The notes: generated by a model from the letters alone, not told the origin. A stretch of DNA of 64,000 nt from Bacteroidales bacterium (GCA_041584015.1 JBFHES010000001.1:2040-66039), one strand, 5' to 3'. Shown: positions 9,603-19,243, numbered from the stretch's first letter. Numbers and translations: made by a program.

Positions 9603-12600
9603 TTAATAGATTATTGCAATCACACCGGTTTCAGTATGCCTCACATTATGATTATCAACATACTCCAACATCCAGGTATATACATCCTGTTTAACCAAAG
9701 TCCCACCTGACGACTTGCCGTCCCATGCATGATCATAATCGAATGTTTCGAAAATTAAACCACCCCACCGGTCGTATACCCATAAATGGATACTTTTAGG
9801 TTTAGGCGCTATTAGCGGCATAAACAAATTATTGCCATAAGAGCTAAAAGGGTTCAAAGCTGTTGGTGCATAAAATACGGCTATTTCAAAGACATTAACA
9901 TCACGGTAGCTCGTATCAATACAACCCTCAGGACTTGTTACGATAAGTTGAACACGATAATCATTTGGTTGCGGATACGTATGACTTACATATTGATCGG
10001 TACTTTGTAAACATGTTCCATCACCAAAGGACCAAGTTGCAGAACTCATTTCAGTTGATATATTTTCAAAAAACAGCGTAGGATCCATCATCCCTACAGA
10101 AATCTCATCACTTATAAAATTAGCTGATGGCTTTGGATAAACGTGCACATCGCTTCGATAAACAGAACTAAAATCGCAGCCATAGATATTATTAATTAAC
10201 AGCTTTACTGAATAGTCTCCAGGACTATTCCAGGTTACTTCCGGATAATCCAGATAAGAATAATACAAGCCATCAGACTTTTCAATGGTCCATTCAAATT
10301 CAGATCCTATTTCGTTATTATAATCGTCGAGCATTACTGTATAAGGTGCGCATCCCATATAGCTATCAGTGCCCATCGGATTATCAGGCGCATCTATAAC
10401 ATTTACCGGAATGTAAGCTATAGAAGAATAGGATTGACAAGCATCCATAACCTGAACTGCTATTAACTGTGAGCTATCCGGCTGCATCATATAAGGAAGC
10501 GTTACCAATTCATCATTTACAAAATAGGAGTATCCATAACCAATTCCTCCAATAGCTTCAGCAAAAACACTTATTGGGTCGAACGGACAAATACTATCGG
10601 GCACGTTGGTTAAAGGATTTATACCAAGAGCCGGATCGGTAAAAACATTTACCATCTCTTCAGGCGATTGACACCCATTGGCATCTATTGCTACCAGAAC
10701 CAAGGAGGTATTATGGCTTGGCACGAATGCAATCCATTGGTTCGTATCAATTCCTGCCCAAATATAATCATACGGCGTAGCACCTCCACTTGCCACAGCC
10801 ATTAGCAAAACCGTATCTCCTGAACAAACGACCGTATCTTCTGAAATCTGAATATTTAAAACAGGCGGCTCCGAAATACTATCAACAAGAACAAAAGAGC
10901 AGTTATTCTCATCAACGAAGGTTAAAGAATAGCTACCAGTTGGCAAGTTAACTATTGACGCTATGGTATCATTGGTGCTCCATAGATAAGTATAATCACC
11001 TGTGCCCCCTGAGGGATTAACTTCAATTGAACCACTACTATCATTTGCGCATAAAACATGCGTTAATATAGCATTGGCTGCCAGTGGTGCTGGCTGTTCA
11101 AGCATTAAGGAAGTATCGGTTTTACAGATGCTATCGTAAAAAATTGCAACATTATAAAGACCAGAACTAAGGTTATTAATAACCAAACTTGTATCTCCGG
11201 TTGACCAAATACATGATGCATCCAAAGAACCAGAAAACGAAACTTCTAAAGATCCATTCGCATCTCCAAAGCACAATGGCACATCGGAAAGAATATTTAA
11301 TTGTGGCTCCGCAGGAAAAGTAATATTCTCTTGATGAACAGAGGAACTGCATCCCGGATACGAAACCTCTAATGTAAGAATGGTATCTCCTGCAACATAA
11401 GAATTAATGTAAACTGAACCCGTTGTGGAGCTGGAGCCCTGCGCAAAATTCGCAAAACCTATATCCCAGTTGAATTCGGGCGTGTAGCCAATAGGAAACA
11501 TTCCGGTATACTCTACAAAAATGGTATCGCCAAAACAATTTGGAGGATCCACGACAAAATCTGCATCCAGCTCAATTGGTATAATAACTACCGAATCAGA
11601 ATAAGTACACCCTTGTATCGTAGCTTGAACATAAATCATTGTTGAATCCTGTGGTGCTAGAGTGATGCTCGAGGAACTTTCTCCTGTTGACCATTCGATG
11701 ACGGTAAATGGATAATTTACCGATAGTTCAAGAGTATCTCCTAGGCAAACAACAGTATCATTAAAAGGTATAAGCTCAACTTGATCATAAACCGTTACTT
11801 GTTCTGTCATGTCAAAAGATACCGTATCAACATATAGCGTTAGGTTAACCAAAAATGCACCTTCTGATGAGAAATCATGCAAAACATTAAAACCACTAAC
11901 AACATTGTTTACACCGGACAGTGTATCTGAAAAGTTCCATATGGCTGAATCGATATTTACTGAATCTAAAAGAAAGAACTCCCATGGGCTGCCAAAACAA
12001 CTTGGGTTAAACGAAAACTCTGCAGAAAAAAAGCTGGATATAAATGTTGGAAAACCCAACAGACAAGATCCGTTGAGAGTTAATGCAACATCCTGGTAAG
12101 CACATGCTGTAGATGGAAGATCAGGGTATTGAATTCGACCGATCGTAACATCTGTTTGCTTTGCAACATAGATCATACCATCCGGACCTAACTGAAGAGC
12201 GCCAATTCCCCAATTTGAAACTGCTACTCCAACTGCTTGAATGGAATTATTAATGACCTGCTGATTATTAGAACTAATATCCCATTGATAAATTGAATCT
12301 GAGTTACTATACCAACATGCTCCATAAAGCAATTGTTCCGATGGAGAAAACTCAACACCGTATGCACCATTCCATGGCGAATTAATTAGGCGCTGATTGC
12401 TAATAACTCCGGTTGTTCGGTTAAAGCTAAACAATTCAAAATAGCTATTGCCAACTACCGCCTGTGCTAGTTTTGAACCGCCGGGTGAAAACTTCAGATA
12501 ACCTCTTTTGTTTGTAAAAGATCCGATTATGGCATTACCAACGTTTGACACCACAGGATTTAATGTTTGAACCCCGGCTGGAGTGACTAAATAGGTTACA

Positions 12601-13175
12601 AATGCATCGTTACCCCAGTCATGGCCTACTACCCAAAAATCGATTCCATTAATATGTTGAGTAACCGCAATCTTTTCGCAGCATGGGTTTATTAGCTGAA
12701 TGTTCTTCTCGCCAAGATCAACATCTCCAAACCCTCCGTTCGCGGTCATATCAACCTTAGAATACGTCATGCCGTTCGCACCATAAATTTCATCAACAGC
12801 AAATATGTAATAAGTATTGGGGTCGAGTGGTTTAGGAACAATTACACCAGATTGCGTTGATGATGGATTACCCAAGAGCTGACCACCAGGAGAACTGAAC
12901 ATGCAACCTGGCATTAATGTATGGCTTGCATCCCACACAAGCATTCCATCAGTATAAAACAATAGATTTCCATTTTCATCAGAAATTGTTGCAACTCCTT
13001 CCAGCGTATTAACCATTGATGGTGCAATATTAGCAGGCGACGGTTGTCCTGGTGCATTGCAAAAACTTATACCACAATTGGCACCAAAATACCAATTAGA
13101 AGCCTCATTACATTGCGCCTGAATCTGCTTATTGAAAATTAGAATGAGTAATATGCCCGTTAGTATATTTTTCAT
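9603..13175 (-). CDS. Large secreted multidomain surface protein with T9SS type B (gliding-motility-associated) C-terminal sorting domain
   Basis: The signal peptide starts at M13 (MKNILTGILLILIFNKQIQAQ), so the start is set at 13175. It has SprB-type Cys-framed repeats (CANDSSGSIEVNPSGGTGDYTYLWSTND...GSYSLTFVDENNC) and a PKD-like module (WSFGDGT...HTY..PNDYRVQLIVTSPEGC). The C-terminus is type B-like (LWVYDRWGGLIFETFDYDHAWDGKSSGG...DVYTWMLEY). Confidence 0.8.
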   Translation of the reverse strand: MKNILTGILLILIFNKQIQAQCNEASNWYFGANCGISFCNAPGQPSPANIAPSMVNTLEGVATISDENGNLLFYTDGMLVWDASHTLMPGCMFSSPGGQLLGNPSSTQSGVIVPKPLDPNTYYIFAVDEIYGANGMTYSKVDMTANGGFGDVDLGEKNIQLINPCCEKIAVTQHINGIDFWVVGHDWGNDAFVTYLVTPAGVQTLNPVVSNVGNAIIGSFTNKRGYLKFSPGGSKLAQAVVGNSYFELFSFNRTTGVISNQRLINSPWNGAYGVEFSPSEQLLYGACWYSNSDSIYQWDISSNNQQVINNSIQAVGVAVSNWGIGALQLGPDGMIYVAKQTDVTIGRIQYPDLPSTACAYQDVALTLNGSCLLGFPTFISSFFSAEFSFNPSCFGSPWEFFLLDSVNIDSAIWNFSDTLSGVNNVVSGFNVLHDFSSEGAFLVNLTLYVDTVSFDMTEQVTVYDQVELIPFNDTVVCLGDTLELSVNYPFTVIEWSTGESSSSITLAPQDSTMIYVQATIQGCTYSDSVVIIPIELDADFVVDPPNCFGDTIFVEYTGMFPIGYTPEFNWDIGFANFAQGSSSTTGSVYINSYVAGDTILTLEVSYPGCSSSVHQENITFPAEPQLNILSDVPLCFGDANGSLEVSFSGSLDASCIWSTGDTSLVINNLSSGLYNVAIFYDSICKTDTSLMLEQPAPLAANAILTHVLCANDSSGSIEVNPSGGTGDYTYLWSTNDTIASIVNLPTGSYSLTFVDENNCSFVLVDSISEPPVLNIQISEDTVVCSGDTVLLMAVASGGATPYDYIWAGIDTNQWIAFVPSHNTSLVLVAIDANGCQSPEEMVNVFTDPALGINPLTNVPDSICPFDPISVFAEAIGGIGYGYSYFVNDELVTLPYMMQPDSSQLIAVQVMDACQSYSSIAYIPVNVIDAPDNPMGTDSYMGCAPYTVMLDDYNNEIGSEFEWTIEKSDGLYYSYLDYPEVTWNSPGDYSVKLLINNIYGCDFSSVYRSDVHVYPKPSANFISDEISVGMMDPTLFFENISTEMSSATWSFGDGTCLQSTDQYVSHTYPQPNDYRVQLIVTSPEGCIDTSYRDVNVFEIAVFYAPTALNPFSSYGNNLFMPLIAPKPKSIHLWVYDRWGGLIFETFDYDHAWDGKSSGGTLVKQDVYTWMLEYVDNHNVRHTETGVIAIIY

Positions 13176-13478
13176 CTTTATTATTGAAGCATTCTTGCTG
13201 CCAAATGGCAACTTTGCAAATCAAAAATTGCTTAAGTGTTGTTCAGTTATGTTAATCTGTATTGATAAGACCTCAGATAGTTGTAATGGTTGCTTTGCAT
13301 TTGGTATTATTTTTAAACTCCGGCAAGAATACATTTAACACACACATGATTCAGAGAATTTCTTCAGTCATAACAGGCCAATTGAATCTCAAACACTTAA
13401 ATTAGCAAACGTTGCTACAGTACTTTCAAGGTTCCATCTTTCATTACTTTTTATTATCTTTCCGTTAAATAGAACTTA

Positions 13479-14120
13479 ATGATGAAAGATGATCCACAAA
13501 TTGCTAACTATCTAAAATCGCTACTTGAAGGTGATCGGGTTTTAAGCAGTAAGCTTATTAACGCCTACCTGGATGCTAGTGGCAACTTAAAGGACTTATA
13601 TGAGAAGATTGTAAAAACCGCTCTTTATGAAGTTGGCTCCTTGTGGGAATCCAACAAAATTGGAGTGGCAGAAGAACACCTGGCTACGGCAATTGTGGAG
13701 AGTAACTTAAACGAATTACTTGAACGCATAGTAAGCGAATATCAAAGCAACAAGAAAGTTGTACTTGCCTGCACTGAGAACGAGATGCATCAGGTAGGTA
13801 TAAAAATGGTTGGCGATGTATTTGAGTTGAATGGCTGGAATACTTTTTTTCTGGGTAGCAGTGTGCCCCGGTTTGAACTCATCAAATTTATAAAAGAAAA
13901 ACAACCTGATATACTTGCGATATCGTTAAGCATCTATTTTAATTATTCCACATTTTTACAAATGTTAAGTGAGTTAAGAAAGCATTTCCCAACGCTTCCA
14001 ATTGTAGCAGGCGGACAAGCATTTAACCACATCAAGCCGGAAATACTTAGCTCACATGATCATCTGCATTTCTTTACAGACTTATATGAGCTTGAAACTT
14101 TTATTAAATCCAAAACCTAA
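13479..14120 (+). CDS. Stand-alone cobalamin (B12)-binding protein, CarH-like photosensor module without a DNA-binding domain
   Basis: 213 aa. The N-terminal helical bundle carries W-x9-E-H (LWESNKIGVAEEHLAT). The Rossmann-type B12-binding domain has the lower-ligand His motif ENEMHQVG (DxHxxG-like), then GWNTFFLGSSVP and ILAISLS. Confidence 0.8.
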   Translation: MMKDDPQIANYLKSLLEGDRVLSSKLINAYLDASGNLKDLYEKIVKTALYEVGSLWESNKIGVAEEHLATAIVESNLNELLERIVSEYQSNKKVVLACTENEMHQVGIKMVGDVFELNGWNTFFLGSSVPRFELIKFIKEKQPDILAISLSIYFNYSTFLQMLSELRKHFPTLPIVAGGQAFNHIKPEILSSHDHLHFFTDLYELETFIKSKT

Positions 14121-14131
14121 TTAGCTAAGCC

Positions 14132-14593
14132 ATGAACAAGGAACAATTATTAAAAACAGCTGCACAACTGCAACAAGTAAGCGAAAAAGCCGCAAATGAA
14201 TTTACAGAGAAAAGAGAATCATTGGTGTCATTAATGAATACCAGGATGGAACAACGCATGGATATTATTCAGATAGTTGGAGAAGACAACCTTTTAATGA
14301 TGAAAGACAACCATGCCAATCACGCAAGATTTCTCGAATCAATTTTCATTAATCATGTACCTGAAGTATTAGTAGATACAATCTTATGGGTATTTCGTGC
14401 CTATCAATCAAGAGGATTTGATTCAACCTATTGGTCGGCTCAGCTTAACTCCTGGTTACAAATTTATAAAAACGAACTAAGTAAAGAATGTTATCGTGAA
14501 ATCAGTCCTTACTATCATTGGATGCAGATTAATATTCCAGTATTTTCTCAGCTTGCAATTGAAGAATTAAGCACAGGAAAATCAGCTCATTAA
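14132..14593 (+). CDS. Hypothetical all-helical, His/Trp-rich 153-aa protein (operon partner of the B12 module)
   Basis: The ORF starts 11 nt after the B12-module gene and ends 10 nt before the kinase gene. I recognise no motif. The composition suggests a helical bundle (KDNHANHARFLESIFINHVPEVLVDTILWVFRAYQSRG). Confidence 0.6.
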   Translation: MNKEQLLKTAAQLQQVSEKAANEFTEKRESLVSLMNTRMEQRMDIIQIVGEDNLLMMKDNHANHARFLESIFINHVPEVLVDTILWVFRAYQSRGFDSTYWSAQLNSWLQIYKNELSKECYREISPYYHWMQINIPVFSQLAIEELSTGKSAH

Positions 14594-14603
14594 AACAAAA
14601 TTA

Positions 14604-15842
14604 ATGATAAGTAACTACGAGACATTGTTTAAGGAGTTTCTGTTGACTGTTATCGCAGAAGGCAAAACGGTTGGTATTGGTGTATTATCACATAGCGGCA
14701 ACCTACTTTACACAAACAAAGCACTTTCTTTCTTTCTGAAAAAGGATGAACCAAAACCCAATAGATTTGTAAATCCAACGATAGAAAACATACTTACTAT
14801 GGATGGTGACGGTGAAGTTTTTAATGGAATACTTACCATCGGCAACTTGAATGACGAGCACTTTGCATTGCAAACCAGCATATACAGAAATAAGGAAAAC
14901 ATTATTATAATAGCAGAGGCCAACGTACCACATCTTTTTAAAGAAAATAGTAAAATGAGCATGCTTAATCAGGAAGTAAACAACCTGCAACGCCAACTCA
15001 TTATCGAAAAAAAAAATCTACAGCGAACATTAACAGAGCTAAAGGAAACGCAAGATCAACTCATTCATTCTGAAAAGATGAATGCTCTGGGTAATCTTGT
15101 AGCTGGCGTTGCGCATGAAATAAACAATCCACTCGCATTTGTTAATAGCAATTTACACTCTCTTAAAAGAGATACAAAAGAAATTCTCGACACATTTCAG
15201 GAATTAACTAAACTTGCAGCGAAATCTGAAGACCCTCAACTATCTGAGAAATCACAACTTATTTTAAAGGATAAAGATTTAGAATTTATGATTGATGATG
15301 TTTATGATATGCTAGAAGAATCCAATGTTGGCGTTGAAAGAGTTAAAACAATTGTTGAAGACTTACGCAAATTCTCCAGACTCGACGAAGCGGACTCAAA
15401 GAATATTAATCTGGTTGAAGACATTCAATCAACCCTAACGATACTAAAATCGGACATTGCCAGTAAAAACATTACGCTCGAGGTACAGAGCCCTGAAACA
15501 TTATTCGTTAATTGTTATCCACGACAGCTGAACCAGGCACTATTTAATATTCTCTTAAATGCCATACAAGCGGTTAACAGCAACGGACGAATAAAACTAA
15601 AAATTAGTAGCAGCAATAACACACTACTAATTAACATTGAAGATAACGGAAAGGGTATTGATGAAGAAATTGCAAAACGCATATTCGATCCTTTCTTTAC
15701 AACTAAAGCGGTAGGAGAAGGAACAGGATTAGGATTAAGCATTGCCTATAAGATTATTCACAACCTACATCAGGGAACAATATCGTTCAATTCTGTAATA
15801 GGAAAAGGAACACGTTTTCAGATTAGTATCCCACTACATTAA
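14604..15842 (+). CDS. Soluble sensor histidine kinase (PAS-like N-domain, coiled coil, HisKA, HATPase_c)
   Basis: No hydrophobic TM segment. H-box GVAHEINNPLAF, N-box NILLNAIQAV, G1 IEDNGKGID, G2 GEGTGLGLSIA. Confidence 0.9.
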   Translation: MISNYETLFKEFLLTVIAEGKTVGIGVLSHSGNLLYTNKALSFFLKKDEPKPNRFVNPTIENILTMDGDGEVFNGILTIGNLNDEHFALQTSIYRNKENIIIIAEANVPHLFKENSKMSMLNQEVNNLQRQLIIEKKNLQRTLTELKETQDQLIHSEKMNALGNLVAGVAHEINNPLAFVNSNLHSLKRDTKEILDTFQELTKLAAKSEDPQLSEKSQLILKDKDLEFMIDDVYDMLEESNVGVERVKTIVEDLRKFSRLDEADSKNINLVEDIQSTLTILKSDIASKNITLEVQSPETLFVNCYPRQLNQALFNILLNAIQAVNSNGRIKLKISSSNNTLLINIEDNGKGIDEEIAKRIFDPFFTTKAVGEGTGLGLSIAYKIIHNLHQGTISFNSVIGKGTRFQISIPLH

Positions 15843-15859
15843 TAGAAAAGAAGACCAAT

Positions 15860-17035
15860 ATGGAAAAGAACTTACTTATAATAGATGATGAGGTTGAAAT
15901 AACGAAATCGTTAGCACGACAGTTCAGAAGAGTTTACAATACTTTCACAGCAACATCAGCTAAAGATGCCTTGAAAATAATGGAGGAGGAAAGAATTCAA
16001 GTAATCATTTCCGACCAACGTATGCCTGATACTACGGGTGTCGATTTCTTTTCGCAAATTAAGGATAGGTTTCCAAATGCGTTAAAACTAATTCTAACAG
16101 GATATTCAGATATTGATGCTGTGATTGAAGCCATAAACGAAGGACAAGTGTATCGTTACATTACGAAGCCCTGGAACCCAACAGAGTTAGATTCTATTGT
16201 TAAGGCAGCATACGAGAAAGCAGAACTTGTTGAAAAGAATAAAATACTGATGGAGGACCTTAGTGCTGCTAATAAATTATTGGAAGAAAAAGTAAAAAAA
16301 CGAACAGAAGAGCTTGAACTAAAGAACGAAAGTTTGGAGCATCTAAATAAGGAAAAGAATAAATATCTTGGAATTGTTGCCCACGACTTAAGAAACCCAA
16401 TTGCCACATCTATTATGTTTGCCGGACTTCTAACTGATGATTATGATAAGTGGACCAAGGAAGAACATCTAGAATTTGCGGGCGAAATTCATGAAAACTG
16501 CACCTTCTCTTTAAAGCTTATGGAGAACCTTCTTGATGTCTCTAAAATTGAAGCTGGCATTTTTGATCTGGAACTTGAGCAAACCGAGTACATTAGTTTT
16601 ATTGAGAAAGTCGTTCGGGAAACAATCTATTTAGCCAAACAGAAATCACAGGACATTCGTATATCTCACACTATCAATTCTGTTCATGTTCAAATTGATA
16701 AAAACAAAATAAAGCAGGTAGTAACCAACTTGCTCACAAATGCCATAAAATACTCGGCAAAGGGAACCGAGATAATTGTTAAGATTAGCACTGACGATTA
16801 TAATTTAACCACCAGCATTATTGATCATGGCCAAGGAATACCGAGCGAAGAGCTTGATGGAATTTTTAATGCTTATAAAGTCAGTAGCGTAAAAGCCACA
16901 GATGACGAGAAGTCAACCGGTCTAGGATTAGCAATTGTAAACAAAATAGTTAAAGCTCATCATGGACAATGTAGCGTGAGCAGCACAGTTGGTAAAGGTT
17001 CCAAATTTTTATTCAATCTACCACTGCCACTATAA
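15860..17035 (+). CDS. Hybrid response-regulator receiver / histidine kinase (REC-HisKA-HATPase_c)
   Basis: The REC domain has LLIIDDE, the phospho-acceptor context VIISDQRMPDTTG, and YITKPW. After a coiled coil comes H-box VAHDLRNPI, N-box NLLTNAIKYS, IIDHGQGIP and STGLGLAIV. Confidence 0.9.
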   Translation: MEKNLLIIDDEVEITKSLARQFRRVYNTFTATSAKDALKIMEEERIQVIISDQRMPDTTGVDFFSQIKDRFPNALKLILTGYSDIDAVIEAINEGQVYRYITKPWNPTELDSIVKAAYEKAELVEKNKILMEDLSAANKLLEEKVKKRTEELELKNESLEHLNKEKNKYLGIVAHDLRNPIATSIMFAGLLTDDYDKWTKEEHLEFAGEIHENCTFSLKLMENLLDVSKIEAGIFDLELEQTEYISFIEKVVRETIYLAKQKSQDIRISHTINSVHVQIDKNKIKQVVTNLLTNAIKYSAKGTEIIVKISTDDYNLTTSIIDHGQGIPSEELDGIFNAYKVSSVKATDDEKSTGLGLAIVNKIVKAHHGQCSVSSTVGKGSKFLFNLPLPL

Positions 17036-17110
17036 TTAGAAATATCCTCAGTTTTGTAGATTTGCCTCTCAAGAACCTAAACTATTTATTGGCACCAACC
17101 ATTTAATTCT

Positions 17111-19186
17111 CTATTTCTCAACAATAACAAACTCGGTACGACGATTAAGCGCTCGGCCCTGTTCGTTGTCATTTGAAGCAACAGGTTTATTAGCACCAAA
17201 TCCCTTGGAGCTCATTCGGCTGGCATCAATGCCTTGAGAACCTAAATAATCTGCTACAGCCGCTGCTCTTCGTTTCGATAGATCCATGTTGGCAGCTGCA
17301 TTACCTATATTATCCGTGTGCCCCTGAATAGCTATTCTTAGCGACGCATTTTCGCTCATAAACTCAATAAAATTATCGAGTACCACTTTCGATGCATTAT
17401 CAAACTCGGCAGAATTGGTTGCAAATAGAATGTTATTTAATTTAACAGTTGTACCTACCTCAATAGGTTTCACCTCAACTTCTACCTCAACTGGTTCATC
17501 TATCTCGGCAAGCTCGTCCGGAACAAAATAACGGGATGTAAATGCATAGTCCTTCTTTTTTACGGTCATGATGAATTCATCCTTTTCTTCGAAAGCAATT
17601 GCCACCGCATAACGCCCCGTCATCTTATCAACCATGCCTTCAATTACCCGCTTACCGTCTGCACTTTTCATTTCTACCTTGGCATCGGTAATCTCTGCGC
17701 CTTGCTCATCCAGCAATTGCCCTTTTACAAAAAGCACTTTCTCTGGTCGGGCTTCCTCGTAAAGATCGAACGAATAAATATCATATCCACCACTTCCATC
17801 CAATTTATTCGAAGAGAGAAATGCCTTCTTTCCGTCGGTACTTACCATAAATCCAATATCATCGTCAGGTGTATTTATTGGATAACCAATATTCACAGGT
17901 TCACTCCAACTATCATCTTCGTTTTGCCTTGAATAATAAATATCGTACCCGCCAACACCTGTTCTTCCGTTTGATGAAAAGTACAATGTTTTACTATCTG
18001 AATGCAAGAAAGGCGATTTCTCGTCACGATCTGAATTTATCTTATGATCCATGCTAATTGCTTTGGACCACACACCATCATTACCTAACTTAGACTGGTA
18101 GATATCAGTAGTCAAATCTCCCAAATGTGCTCTTCTCAGGCTAACAAAATAAAGATCCTTGCCATCGGCCGAAACAGTAGGCTGACTTTCCCAGGTACAT
18201 TTACCATTAACATTTGGCCCAAGATTCTTAAACTCCGACCAAGCGCCATCGGTATAATCAGATGAATAAATATCACAATTATTATAAGGTTGCCCCTGAC
18301 ATTCGGTGAACTCGCAGATGGTCATAAAAATGTGGTTGTTATCTATCGTAATTGCTGCTGCTCCCTGCTTTAGTCCCTGATTAAACGGATAGGGCAAACT
18401 CTCGCCTGAGGAGAAAGATAACTCGCCTTCGCCATCAACCCGCTGACTAATTTTAAAGTGCTCGAATCGCTTCTGAATAGTCGTATATCGATCGTTCGCA
18501 TCAAAGCGATGTGTATAAAAAAGGAAAGCTCCATCAGGGCTTATCATAGGTAAAAACTCGTCGGTTTTAGTAGAAACACCTTGAACAAGCACCGGACTAA
18601 ACGGTACGGGATTGTTCATCAAATCAAGGTATTCATTCATTTCCTTGATAGAGTTCTGAGCATATTCATTTTCATCCTTATTTCTATTCCCGTTCTTTTC
18701 AATAAAAAGTTGGAAATATTTTGTCGCCTGCTCGGATTCTGCTTTATCCAACATACCATTCTCAGTATCTTGAGCACGCATATAATGATATTGTCCTACG
18801 TAAAAATAGGAGAAGTAATAATCGAAGGCATCGCAATTTTCAATCACACGGAGATAGTAATTCTTTGCAGTTTGCAAATACTTTGTTCTGCCAGCCATTC
18901 CTTTTTTCCAGTTACTCTCTGCTAAGATGTAAAGCAGCTCAGCAAAATCAGGTTCAAGTTCAAGCACCTCAAGTAACATGGCAGTACTTTCCTTATGTTT
19001 TGTTCGAGGCATCTTAAGTGCCTTGTCGTATAGTTTGATGGCCTTTTTGCTAGTCATCTCTGTACAACCAAAGTCTTCCTGTGCAATTAAACCCATTGGT
19101 TTAAAAAGGAACAAAACCAGACTGAAGACTACCAGCAATTTCAGCTTATTATATAAATTCATTCTCCTCATTGTTCTGCGAACCAT
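17111..19186 (-). CDS. OmpA-family outer-membrane/peptidoglycan-associated protein with TPR, TolB-like beta-propeller repeats and carboxypeptidase-regulatory-like domain
   Basis: The C-terminus has OmpA_C motifs (ILFATNSAEF, IQGHTDNIGNAAANMDLSKRRAAAVADYL, NRRTEFVIV). The central part has repeated 'SPDG..LYF.S.R.GG.GGYDIY' propeller-like units. An alternative start is M9 at 19162 (MNLYNKLKLLVVFSL). Confidence 0.85.
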   Translation of the reverse strand: MVRRTMRRMNLYNKLKLLVVFSLVLFLFKPMGLIAQEDFGCTEMTSKKAIKLYDKALKMPRTKHKESTAMLLEVLELEPDFAELLYILAESNWKKGMAGRTKYLQTAKNYYLRVIENCDAFDYYFSYFYVGQYHYMRAQDTENGMLDKAESEQATKYFQLFIEKNGNRNKDENEYAQNSIKEMNEYLDLMNNPVPFSPVLVQGVSTKTDEFLPMISPDGAFLFYTHRFDANDRYTTIQKRFEHFKISQRVDGEGELSFSSGESLPYPFNQGLKQGAAAITIDNNHIFMTICEFTECQGQPYNNCDIYSSDYTDGAWSEFKNLGPNVNGKCTWESQPTVSADGKDLYFVSLRRAHLGDLTTDIYQSKLGNDGVWSKAISMDHKINSDRDEKSPFLHSDSKTLYFSSNGRTGVGGYDIYYSRQNEDDSWSEPVNIGYPINTPDDDIGFMVSTDGKKAFLSSNKLDGSGGYDIYSFDLYEEARPEKVLFVKGQLLDEQGAEITDAKVEMKSADGKRVIEGMVDKMTGRYAVAIAFEEKDEFIMTVKKKDYAFTSRYFVPDELAEIDEPVEVEVEVKPIEVGTTVKLNNILFATNSAEFDNASKVVLDNFIEFMSENASLRIAIQGHTDNIGNAAANMDLSKRRAAAVADYLGSQGIDASRMSSKGFGANKPVASNDNEQGRALNRRTEFVIVEK

Positions 19187-19243
19187 TTAAAAGAGTTCAC
19201 ATTTTTCTGCTACTGCTTAAGTAACCTAATAAAGTCTACAATA

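Noticed and set aside
17702-19190. Cluster of five plus-strand ORFs of 62-114 aa
   Set aside because: All are antisense to the OmpA-family gene. Their translations are low complexity with no recognisable features.
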